IMG/VR virus record: IMGVR_UViG_3300021446_000309
Origin: a virus
DNA length: 42,847 bases
Reading direction: 5' to 3' (one strand)
Shown: positions 8,174-16,135 of the stretch, one piece after another
Layout: the number at the start of each line of letters is the position of its first letter
Position numbering within the stretch: the stretch's first letter is position 1
The notes under the pieces: generated by a model
What the model was told of the DNA's origin: nothing
What the model saw: only the letters and a program-made list of their open reading frames with translations
Database searches by the model: none
Position numbers and translations under genes: made by a program

Positions 8174-8544
8174 CGGCTGTCCTCCGCGTATGGGTGGTCG
8201 GTGAGGAGGGTCGCGAGTCGGTCGGCCTCGCGTGCGATGATTTCACCGTGGCACGCTGGCTCGTCCTCGTCGAGTCGCTGACACCAGCACCCGAGCGTCT
8301 GCCCGGCGAGTCCTGCGATCTCCGTCCGGAACGCCGGGTCAACGCGAAGCCGTCGCAAAAACTCCTCGCGGAACAGTGTGAGAGACTCCTCGCGAGTGTG
8401 CGTGTCGAGGGGGTACGGGTTGCCGAGCCACCCACGGTCGCCGATTGGCGTCTTCGTGATGTCACGCCCGCCGGGACCACGCCCGATATAGACGTCGGTC
8501 GAGTCGGCTTTGCAGTGGCCGACCTGTGTCTCGTCGGGAGCCAT
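8170..8544 (-). CDS. DUF4326-family protein
   Basis: VYIGRG...LGNPY...LAGQTLGCWC...CHGEII signature. Start refined to ATG 8544. Confidence 0.8.
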   Translation of the reverse strand: MAPDETQVGHCKADSTDVYIGRGPGGRDITKTPIGDRGWLGNPYPLDTHTREESLTLFREEFLRRLRVDPAFRTEIAGLAGQTLGCWCQRLDEDEPACHGEIIAREADRLATLLTDHPYAEDSR

Positions 8545-8981
8545 CACTCGCTCCCCCCGAGCAGATCGTGTTTCTGGAGCCACGTCGAGGAGACTGCACA
8601 CTCCCGGTCTGTCTGCTCCAGTGCCTTGCGCTGTGCCTCAAGTGGGGACGTCGCCGTCACGGTCTCGTCCCATCCGACGCCCTGATCGCCGCCGATTCCG
8701 ACCATCGGAACACGGTATTCCCGTGCGGCGTCGTCGGCAGGCTCGCCGCCGTCTATCGCCAGTTCACCGATGTAGCGACGGCGTTTCGAGCCACAGTCAG
8801 GGCAGCCGTCGGAACCGTCGTCGAGGTATTCGGTCTCGCACACAGAGCAGCGGTACTCGTTCGGCTCAGATGCCGTCATGTCGGCGTCGGCATCTCGATC
8901 CGGAGTGTGGGTCTCGATGATCGAACACTGCTTGCACAGCGCGTTCCGGGGCGTTCGAGAGCCGCAGTTGTTGCAGGTCAT
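8544..8981 (-). CDS. Double Zn-finger protein
   Basis: CNNC...CKQC and CSVC...CPDCG, followed by an IDGGEPAD linker. Start refined to 8981. Confidence 0.7.
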   Translation of the reverse strand: MTCNNCGSRTPRNALCKQCSIIETHTPDRDADADMTASEPNEYRCSVCETEYLDDGSDGCPDCGSKRRRYIGELAIDGGEPADDAAREYRVPMVGIGGDQGVGWDETVTATSPLEAQRKALEQTDRECAVSSTWLQKHDLLGGSE

Positions 8982-9148
8982 CGGCGGGACCCACAGGAAT
9001 CGCACTTCCAGTGCGTGCCGGTCCAGCTGTGGAGCGTGTCGCCGCAACACCGCTCACAGTAGCACAGCTTTGGTTCATCGTCGGTCGGATGGTACGATAC
9101 GTCGTCGGGGGTCGGAATCGGGTATATTGGGTCGTCTGAGTTACTCAT
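8978..9148 (-). CDS. 56-aa Zn-ribbon micro-protein (not in the ORF track)
   Basis: Manual translation MSNSDDPIYPIPTPDDVSYHPTDDEPKLCYCERCCGDTLHSWTGTHWKCDSCGSRR*. Confidence 0.75.
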   Translation of the reverse strand: MSNSDDPIYPIPTPDDVSYHPTDDEPKLCYCERCCGDTLHSWTGTHWKCDSCGSRR

Positions 9149-9169
9149 GGTCGTGGCAGATTGGTTAGT

Positions 9170-9718
9170 TTAGGCGCTGTACCCGCCGTCTGTGTAGTCG
9201 GAGAGTTCGGGCGCTGACTCGTCTGGTTCGGGAACGAGCGGTGGTCGCTTGTCCTCGCGGGTGTGTGCGGTGAGTGCGATCCCGTCTCGAAGCGGGAGTT
9301 CACGCCACTCCGCGTCGGGTTGTTGCTTCGAGCTACCGACGGAGTGCTCGCCCTCGCTCGCGACGTACTTCGGATCGAAGCACCACAGCGACCCCTGCGA
9401 GTGACGGTAGAACACCAGAAAGCACCGTGGACGGGTGTCGTCGTCGCCCTCCGGGGGTCGGCCATCAGCCGTGCTCGTGTCAGCCGCGAGCTTTCGGTCA
9501 CGGGCCAGCGCGGTCGTCAGTGCCCGCAGCAGGAATGACGCCTTTTCGAGGTGGGCGGTCTCCTTCGCGACGCAGATGTATCGGTGCGGAAGGTGCGGCT
9601 GGATCGCAACACTGCCGTAGTGCCCGTAGGAATCCTTGAGGTGGTGTCGGTGGACGAGTCCGGCCTTCGAGAGTGCTTTCGCCATGTATCGCAGCAGCTC
9701 GCCGTGGTCGTCGCTCAT
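9170..9718 (-). CDS. Hypothetical protein
   Basis: In the operon with an ATGA overlap; start refined to MSDDHG; ends in TDGGYSA. Confidence 0.65.
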   Translation of the reverse strand: MSDDHGELLRYMAKALSKAGLVHRHHLKDSYGHYGSVAIQPHLPHRYICVAKETAHLEKASFLLRALTTALARDRKLAADTSTADGRPPEGDDDTRPRCFLVFYRHSQGSLWCFDPKYVASEGEHSVGSSKQQPDAEWRELPLRDGIALTAHTREDKRPPLVPEPDESAPELSDYTDGGYSA

Positions 9719-9990
9719 GACTCGATTTCCTCCGTGACTCGGGTGTTGATCTGTCCGACGAGTGGCTTGCACTCGCCACACAGCGACTCGCCGGGGCACG
9801 CGTCGATGAGCGCCTCGATCAGTGCGGTCGCTCGCTCGTGGGTTCGCAGTCCACGGATGAGCGGATCGAGCGCGTGGCTGGCGTCGTCGTACAGGCGGTC
9901 GGGAGGGCGGTGGGGGCCGTACACCGCGACGAACCGCTCGGGGCCGCTCGACGGCAACGGCTGGACCTCACGGCGTCGTGTGCTCGTCAC
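9715..9990 (-). CDS. Hypothetical protein (C-x5-C-x2-C)
   Basis: GTG start, tightly packed in the operon. Confidence 0.6.
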   Translation of the reverse strand: MTSTRRREVQPLPSSGPERFVAVYGPHRPPDRLYDDASHALDPLIRGLRTHERATALIEALIDACPGESLCGECKPLVGQINTRVTEEIES

Positions 9991-10215
9991 TCACACCACC
10001 CGAACCCGGTTGTCCCCGGTGGTGTAGAAGTACCCACACTTGATGAGTCGCGAGAGGGCGGCTGTGGCCTCGCGTTTGTTCGCGAATGGACGGGTGTCTG
10101 CGGCAGCCGTCGCGACAGCGACCGGATCAGCGCCCTGTGTCTGTGTCGCGCGGGTGGCGATCTCCTCGCGGAGCACTTCGCGTTTGCGCTGTGGGTTCTC
10201 GACAGCTGGTGTCAT
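9991..10215 (-). CDS. Small winged-helix-like protein
   Basis: Helical region followed by LSRLIKCGYFYTTGDNRVRVV, a wing-like ending. Confidence 0.55.
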   Translation of the reverse strand: MTPAVENPQRKREVLREEIATRATQTQGADPVAVATAAADTRPFANKREATAALSRLIKCGYFYTTGDNRVRVV

Positions 10216-10868
10216 GATTCTACCTCACGATTATCGTCGTCATCGAAGAATCCATCGGGAGCGTGCGTCTCCCACCAGTCTTCGTCGTATGGATAGTAGC
10301 CCCCGGCGAAAACTTGACCCACTCGTTCATCCGAAAGCTCGTGTTCGACCGAGACGATCAGTGCTTCTGGTTCGGTGTACCACGCAGAGCGTTGTTCCGA
10401 TGGATGCGGATAGAGTTCGCGACGTTCCCGGAGGAGCGTTCGGTACTTCTTGACTGTCTTGTCCGTCGTGCCAGCAATCTCCCGGATAATCCGGTTGACG
10501 ACCACGACATCGACGTGGGGCCTGTCTCGCTCCCGTGCGTCGGCTCGAACCTCGGCAGCAATTGCCGCTACTTTCCGGAAGACCTCGCTGGATCGCTTCG
10601 GTTCTTCTCTATCCGCCTGTGTCTGAGAAACGCCCCCCGGGGGGGACGCCCCAATCTCGTTTAGACGTTTAAGCAGGTCTTCGTTTGACACGTTGGATTC
10701 GCTGGCTCCCTCGTCCCGCAACACCTTGATACGGTCTCGTAGGGCGTTCTCTACCTCGCTTCGGTAGTAGTTCCGAGTGCCGCCGTGGTAGTTCTTCACG
10801 GCTTGCTTGAACTCGTCTCGGAGTGACTCTGCAACTGGGGCCGGCCGAACGGTATTCTCGTTTACCAT
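10212..10868 (-). CDS. RHH plus HTH protein; candidate replication initiator or regulator
   Basis: N-terminal RHH-like (PAPVAESLRDEFKQAV...RSEVENALRD), second HTH (VNRIIREIAGTTDKTVKKYRTLL). Lies directly downstream of an origin-like region. The Rep role is inference. Confidence 0.5.
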   Translation of the reverse strand: MVNENTVRPAPVAESLRDEFKQAVKNYHGGTRNYYRSEVENALRDRIKVLRDEGASESNVSNEDLLKRLNEIGASPPGGVSQTQADREEPKRSSEVFRKVAAIAAEVRADARERDRPHVDVVVVNRIIREIAGTTDKTVKKYRTLLRERRELYPHPSEQRSAWYTEPEALIVSVEHELSDERVGQVFAGGYYPYDEDWWETHAPDGFFDDDDNREVES

Positions 10869-10919
10869 TCTACTGGGAGTTAGTGCACATTGCCACTTAG
10901 CTTTTGCTACCAAACAACC

Positions 10920-11075
10920 GCAAACAACAACTAACTGACAGTATAGTAGTAGTAGTAGTAGAACAATTGATGAGAGAGAGAGAGTATTACGGTAGTGGCA
11001 GTATGTGGTGTTGGTGTGTTACCGACCGCTGTCTGTGGGTGGGGGGTGTGGGGGGGAACCCCCCACCCCCACCGT
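10920..11075. other. Putative replication origin / control region
   Basis: AT-richer non-coding stretch with (TAG)6 at 10944-10961, (GA)6 at 10972-10983 and an imperfect G/C hairpin at 11038-11073. Confidence 0.45.
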
Positions 11076-11170
11076 CTCGCTCAGAGGCGGATAGAAACGA
11101 ACCGAACTTCGCTTGTGGCACTTATCGTGTCACACGAGAAAACTATCCTACCGACCGTCACCGCGTCGTG

Positions 11171-11530
11171 TTACTGGTACTCCGACAGATCGAGGACCAG
11201 CCGCTCTGCCGACTCGTCGTACTCGAACGGGACGCGATCCCGCGACTCTATCGTCACGCCGAGCTGTCCGAGCACCTGTCCACACGAGAACTGTCCACCG
11301 CTGCGAGTCCCACCCGGCTCTGATCGGGGCCACGTATCGTCGGCGTCGGGATCGGCTGGAACGACCGCCAGCCGCCCGGCGTCCTGATCGACCAGATACG
11401 ACACTGCCTCGACGCCGGTCATGTGCGTCTTCCACAGCGCCGCGTTGATGTAGAGGCTCCCCGGCCCGACGGAGACGAACTGATCCGACGCGTGATGCAC
11501 CCGTTCGACTTCGCTGAATGTATCGCTCAT
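11171..11530 (-). CDS. Hypothetical protein, possibly AbrB-like swapped-hairpin DNA-binding
   Basis: VSVGPGSLYINAAL...VSYLVDQDAGRLAVVP pattern; start refined to MSDTFS. Confidence 0.5.
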   Translation of the reverse strand: MSDTFSEVERVHHASDQFVSVGPGSLYINAALWKTHMTGVEAVSYLVDQDAGRLAVVPADPDADDTWPRSEPGGTRSGGQFSCGQVLGQLGVTIESRDRVPFEYDESAERLVLDLSEYQ

Positions 11531-11872
11531 AGCTACTGGAACACAAACGCCACGCATACATGAACGTACTGGTCGAAAACCGATACAAAAGGCTTAAACA
11601 CACGACACTGTATGGTACTCGTGGGTCGGTCACACACCGACTCGGGGGACCGCAACATCTCCCGCGCCGCACCCCTCTCCGGCGCAAATCACGCCCCTAC
11701 CCATCCCGCCGTTGCCGGATGGCTCTTGCGTCCCGCTGGCAACGCTCGGACACCCGGCGCTTTTCTCGCCGGCTCGAATCGCACCCATCCGACGAAAGCT
11801 TCAGTCGCGAGGTGGTCGGGGCGTACCACGGTTCCAAATCGAACACCACCCGCATAGTGCTGTTCTCGGCGC

Positions 11873-11952
11873 TTTTTGCCTGTTTACACGCCTTTTAGAT
11901 ACAGGCGTGTGTATATCAGAACGGGACGTGATCCCATGTCTGCCAACGACGA
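11873..11952 (+). promoter_or_regulatory. Repeated promoter module, copy 1 (class A)
   Basis: TTTTTGCCTGTTTAC; TTTTAG at offset +20; ATCCC-ATG-TCTGCCAACGAC with the ATG at offset +63. Confidence 0.8.
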
Positions 11953-12421
11953 CCCCGACGTGGGGACCGAATCCGACCGACGCACCGCCGACCACTCCGC
12001 GACAACACTGGCTGAGTGGCTCGATACCGACGAAACGACCGGACCGACCGACGCCGAACGCCGCGCCCACTACGTCGAGCGCCTTCGCGACCGCTGTGAT
12101 GAGCAGCTCCCCGAGTGTGCGACTACCGGCGTCTGGCCGGTCCACTTCGACCACTGCTTCCGCCGACTCTGCTACGACCGCGCCGTCGGCGGCGACTGGC
12201 GCGAACACGTCGATGGGCGTCCGTTCGTCGAGGCGGCCAGTCTCCGGCTGGTGCAGTCGGCGGCGGCCCATGCCGTCCGACTCCTGTACGACGGCCCGAC
12301 CGCCGCGTGGCGGTATCAGGAAATGTCGCTGCTGTGGCGCGGCGAGATCGAGCCGGCTGACTGCGAGCATATCGACCCGACCGTGGTCCTCGACGAGCCG
12401 ACAACCGGGGGCGACTGCTGA
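11936..12421 (+). CDS. Conserved hypothetical protein (WPxxxDHCFxR...SLxWRG family)
   Basis: WPVHFDHCFRRL...DW.EHV..RP...SLLWRG resembles, from memory, a small prokaryotic family often loosely annotated as acetyltransferase; function unknown. Confidence 0.55.
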   Translation: MSANDDPDVGTESDRRTADHSATTLAEWLDTDETTGPTDAERRAHYVERLRDRCDEQLPECATTGVWPVHFDHCFRRLCYDRAVGGDWREHVDGRPFVEAASLRLVQSAAAHAVRLLYDGPTAAWRYQEMSLLWRGEIEPADCEHIDPTVVLDEPTTGGDC

Positions 12422-12690
12422 TGGCGGAACCTATTGAGCTGATGGGGGAACCTGTTGTCACCGTTGCGAACGACCACAAGGGCAGACCGGGCGACCACAC
12501 GGCTCGGTCTCGGATCGACGAGGGACGACAGACGATCTGTGTCACTACGTCCGGCAACTACCGTCCGGCGGGTGATTGGGAGATCAGAACGGTGTATTTC
12601 GCGTCGGACGGCGAGACGCATATCCGACTCACCAACCCGGAGACCCGGTACAGCACAGACCCACCGGCTGCCTACGGCGTCGAGCTATAG
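12421..12690 (+). CDS. Hypothetical protein
   Basis: 89 aa, TGATG-coupled to the upstream gene. Confidence 0.7.
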   Translation: MAEPIELMGEPVVTVANDHKGRPGDHTARSRIDEGRQTICVTTSGNYRPAGDWEIRTVYFASDGETHIRLTNPETRYSTDPPAAYGVEL

Positions 12691-12724
12691 CCGGCAACCC
12701 GGAGTAGCAGGCTGTTATCGGTGT

Positions 12725-12784
12725 TTTTTGCCTATTTACAACCTACTAAGTGTGTGCGTGTGTAAGTGGGAGGTATGGGTGACA
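12725..12784 (+). promoter_or_regulatory. Repeated promoter module, copy 2 (class B)
   Basis: TTTTTGCCTATTTAC; ACTAAGT at +20; AAGTGGG at +39; ATGGGTGACA at +50. Confidence 0.8.
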
Positions 12785-13266
12785 CAACCCAAACCGACGA
12801 CGGTAACGTCTGGACGCAGCGAACGGTAGACGTCCGGCTGGCGAGCACTGGGCTGATCATCGAGGTACAGCTCCATCGCCTGACGAAGAACAGACACGGA
12901 ATCACGACGCCCGTTGGCCGGCAGAAGGTCGGTCCGTGGGCGTTCGTCCACGTCAACAGCGGGACGGCAGTCGATGTCGTGCGCGGCGACGTCCCCGACG
13001 CCGACGGTCCTGTCCTCGCCTACGTGGGCGATCACTTCGACCGCCACTACTACACCAGCAAACCGCGCGACGGGATGCCCGTAGACGTGTACGAGGCACT
13101 CGTAGAGCGCGACGTGCTGCTGCTCGAAGACGTCGATGGCGGCTGGAGCAACTGGGACGGACGCCCGGAGTGGTCGGAGACCTACATCGACCTGCGCGAC
13201 GCCGAGCCGGTCGATATGACCGGGATCATCGAACAGCGCCGCGACGACGGCGAGGGGGGCCGATGA
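12775..13266 (+). CDS. Hypothetical protein
   Basis: 163 aa acidic protein starting at the promoter-module ATG. Confidence 0.75.
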   Translation: MGDTTQTDDGNVWTQRTVDVRLASTGLIIEVQLHRLTKNRHGITTPVGRQKVGPWAFVHVNSGTAVDVVRGDVPDADGPVLAYVGDHFDRHYYTSKPRDGMPVDVYEALVERDVLLLEDVDGGWSNWDGRPEWSETYIDLRDAEPVDMTGIIEQRRDDGEGGR

Positions 13267-13424
13267 TGGGCGTCCCTGTTGGGCAGAGTGAGGGCGACCA
13301 CCCGGTGACGCTGGGGTGTCGCGAGTGCGGCAGCCGATACGAGACCGACGAGACGATGGGCAACGACTGCCCGGCCTGCGGGTTCGCCCGGTTCCGCGTC
13401 CTCGACGACGGGGAGGAAGCATGA
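13263..13424 (+). CDS. CPxCG-type Zn-finger micro-protein
   Basis: MMGVPV...CRECG...CPACGF; ATGA overlaps on both sides. Confidence 0.75.
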   Translation: MMGVPVGQSEGDHPVTLGCRECGSRYETDETMGNDCPACGFARFRVLDDGEEA

Positions 13425-13747
13425 GTGACTACCTCTACGCGCTCCAAGACCGCGAGCTAACCGACGACGAGGCGCAGATGCTCGCTGACTACGAGCAACC
13501 CGACTGGGCCGCGCGCGACCTTCACGCACGGAGTGTCGCCCCAGTCGTCTACATCGACGGCGAGATCAAGATTCGGTCGCCGCGAACCCTCGAAGGCAAT
13601 GTGACGGTTGAGTGGGCCGACGACGTGATCGGGACGGTCGGCGCTGGCGTCAACTCGCCTCATGAAGCGACAGAGGCGTTCAGAGCCTTCTGCGCCCGGA
13701 TCGAGGAGGCCAACATGGACCGCGATCCGTGGCCGTCGGGACCGTAG
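13421..13747 (+). CDS. Hypothetical protein
   Basis: GGAGG Shine-Dalgarno-like sequence before ATG 13421; acidic. Confidence 0.7.
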   Translation: MSDYLYALQDRELTDDEAQMLADYEQPDWAARDLHARSVAPVVYIDGEIKIRSPRTLEGNVTVEWADDVIGTVGAGVNSPHEATEAFRAFCARIEEANMDRDPWPSGP

Positions 13748-13848
13748 GACAGGCCGCTACCCCTCGGATTCACCCGCACAGGCATCTCACGCCGAGGTTC
13801 GATTCCTTGGGCGGGCTTCGGCGGCTGCGGTGGCCGCCACCTGCAACC

Positions 13849-14481
13849 ATGCCGACCGACGACCATACCGGCGATTCTGCCGGCACGACCGACGCACAGG
13901 ACGATGAACAGACAGCGGCGTACTCGCCGAACACTCACCCCGCGACCGATGTAACGACTATCGTCGTCGATCCAGATGATGTGATCGAGTCCATGCGGCG
14001 CAACGTGCGTGATCGCGATGAACAGCTGACACACGATCTCAGAATCAACCCGCCGCTGGAAGGGGAGAAGACAGCAACGCCGTACATCGCGGAGACGTAC
14101 GGCCGATACCCGCCGGAGATGGACCCCAAACCGGTCCACATCTCTCCGGCCTCGTTCGTCGTCGGTCACGTCTCAGGCAGCCGTCACCCGGACTGGCGCG
14201 ATGCGTGCAGGGTCCCGAGCCGCAACGAGCAGCGATCACTGTTCAGAGACGAGTACGAGCTATACGATGAACACGGCAACCCCCGACCCATGACTGACGA
14301 GGAAGAAGCAGAATGGGAGGACTGGTGGGCTACCACCGTCGAAGTGTGGGAGGACCATACACGTCACGAGATCGAGACTACAGACACGCTGACGCTCGGG
14401 AGCCGAAACCCCTACTACGAGACTACGACGGTCTCGATCCGTCTCACGGACACAGACGACGCGACCACGACCGACAACTGA
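13849..14481 (+). CDS. Hypothetical protein (haloarchaeal type)
   Basis: TIVVDPDDVI...LRINPP...DPKPVHISP; followed by a pyrimidine-rich terminator-like tract. Confidence 0.7.
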   Translation: MPTDDHTGDSAGTTDAQDDEQTAAYSPNTHPATDVTTIVVDPDDVIESMRRNVRDRDEQLTHDLRINPPLEGEKTATPYIAETYGRYPPEMDPKPVHISPASFVVGHVSGSRHPDWRDACRVPSRNEQRSLFRDEYELYDEHGNPRPMTDEEEAEWEDWWATTVEVWEDHTRHEIETTDTLTLGSRNPYYETTTVSIRLTDTDDATTTDN

Positions 14482-14573
14482 CGACCACCGCGTTCCTCTT
14501 TCTCCCGATCCGCTGCCCTACTGACACCAGCCGCCACACACACAATACTGCTATAGAACCCCACTACCGGCTG

Positions 14574-14633
14574 TTTTTGCCTATTTAGAGTGTACTAAGT
14601 AGGTAGGGGGACAAGTGGGGTGCATGGGTGACA
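14574..14633 (+). promoter_or_regulatory. Repeated promoter module, copy 3 (class B)
   Basis: TTTTTGCCTATTTAG; ACTAAGT at +20; AAGTGGG at +39; ATGGGTGACA at +50, identical spacing to copy 2. Confidence 0.8.
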
Positions 14634-15028
14634 TACCCAACGCAGCCGGCGACGCAGAGCAACGGAAGAACATCGTCGTGGACACCCGCGACCGCCTCGC
14701 AGTGATCGAGTCACTCGCGGACACGCCGTTCGGCGGGCTGTTCCACGCTGCCCGCACCGCCCGCACGTATCACAGTAGCGCGGTGGTGCAGGTCCGCGTC
14801 CGCGATGGAGCAATCGAGACGAGCGACCCAGTGATGCAGCGGTCCGGCGAGTCGCTCCGTGGTACTGACGCGTGGGACGGGATGATCTCACTCCCGACCG
14901 AGGCGTTCATGACGGTGCGTTCGGCGCGGAGCCAGATCAGCCACCAACTCCGCGATCTCCAACAGACATACGGGCGCGAGGCACAGCGGGCCAGAGAGGC
15001 TGAGCGCCGCGCGAGCACGAGCCGCTGA
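14624..15028 (+). CDS. Hypothetical protein with C-terminal coiled coil
   Basis: 134 aa starting at the promoter-module ATG. Confidence 0.7.
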   Translation: MGDIPNAAGDAEQRKNIVVDTRDRLAVIESLADTPFGGLFHAARTARTYHSSAVVQVRVRDGAIETSDPVMQRSGESLRGTDAWDGMISLPTEAFMTVRSARSQISHQLRDLQQTYGREAQRAREAERRASTSR

Positions 15029-15303
15029 CCGACACCGACCCACCGACAACCGTCTTCTTCTCACGAGCCTACCCGATCAGCAGCGCCGACGCCCCCCTAC
15101 TCGTACCCTCTCGGCAGGACGTCGAGCGGCGACGGCTACCCCCCGTCCAGCCGGGGGCAGGTGACGTGCCCGTGGCTGGTACGGCGAGCAGTCGCGTCAG
15201 TAGGGCCACAGTAGGTAGCCGACAGGAGCCGGGGTAGACCTCGGGCTGGTGATCTCACAGGCTCCTATGCAGGTTCTTGCGCGTAAGAAAAGTCGTCTGG
15301 TAG

Positions 15304-15603
15304 TTAGTCGAACGGCCCGGTCTCGACGTTGACCCGCGGCAGTCGCTCGGACACGTCCAGTACCTCCCGTGGTAGTGGCCGGCTGCCGTCGTCGAGCCGA
15401 TCATGGACAGCCGCGCCAGTCGGGCAGGCGTGAGGCATCCCGCCGTGCCAGCCGATGACGTGACCGGGCGGCAGTACGTCGATGACTGCGGGGTGGCCGT
15501 GTGGTGGGACGCTCGGATCGTCCTCGGCGTCGTCGTAGTCGCCCAACCTCGCTTGCTCCTCCGCGCCGAACTCGTCGAGCGTCGTGGCCGCGCCGAAGGC
15601 CAT
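15304..15603 (-). CDS. Small protein with PIP-box-like motif
   Basis: 99 aa; QARLGDY; coupled to the upstream gene. Confidence 0.6.
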   Translation of the reverse strand: MAFGAATTLDEFGAEEQARLGDYDDAEDDPSVPPHGHPAVIDVLPPGHVIGWHGGMPHACPTGAAVHDRLDDGSRPLPREVLDVSERLPRVNVETGPFD

Positions 15604-16055
15604 CAGATCGACAACCCCGGCAGCCGTCGGTTACTGTGGACCTCGCCGACCCTCTGCGAGTAGTCGTCCACCCGATTGATCTTGTCGATGGTGTCGTCCA
15701 CGCAGTCGGCGCAACTGAACCACAGCCGCCGTTGGTCTGCGCCGAGCGAGTATACGAGCACTCGATCCGCAGTCTCGTCACAGCCGCCCGCTCGACACGG
15801 GCGGTTCGAGACGTTGAACCGGACTGGTGCGTCGCCGTGGTGAGCGGCCTGCGCGTGATGGCGCACGATCTCGGCCATCGTCCAGTCGTCCGGGGCGCGT
15901 GCGATGCACTCCGCGAACAACGCGGCGCGGTTGTTCCACGCGAACGGAGGCGTCTCCGGTGGGTCCCACGGGGGCCACTTCTCGCGGTCTGCGAGCCGTT
16001 CGTTTCGATTCACTTCGTCGCCGTTCCCCTCCGCGGGGGCGTCGTTGGCAGACAT
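15603..16055 (-). CDS. Zn-finger protein
   Basis: MSANDAP start at the promoter module; CRAGGC...CADC. Confidence 0.7.
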   Translation of the reverse strand: MSANDAPAEGNGDEVNRNERLADREKWPPWDPPETPPFAWNNRAALFAECIARAPDDWTMAEIVRHHAQAAHHGDAPVRFNVSNRPCRAGGCDETADRVLVYSLGADQRRLWFSCADCVDDTIDKINRVDDYSQRVGEVHSNRRLPGLSI

Positions 16056-16118
16056 GGGATTACCTCCCGTCAGTACCCATGCACGGCTACCCCTAAAGGG
16101 TGTGTAAACAGGCAAAAA
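16039..16118 (-). promoter_or_regulatory. Repeated promoter module, copy 4 (class A)
   Basis: Reverse complement TTTTTGCCTGTTTACAC...CTTTAG...ATCCCATGTCTGCCAACGAC; ATG at +63 as in copy 1. Confidence 0.8.
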
Positions 16119-16135
16119 GAACCGCTAACGGTCGT

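Noticed and set aside
11876-11935. Shared N-terminal MPVYTPF extension in ORFs 11876 and 16115
   Set aside because: It is a by-product of the conserved promoter DNA with a TTG start lying upstream of the TATA box; the real starts are the MSAND ATGs.
11873-16118. Promoter copies 1 and 4 as ends of an invertible segment
   Set aside because: No recombinase is encoded and the central parts of the two 80-mers have diverged. Conservation follows promoter geometry. Rare homologous inversion is not excluded.
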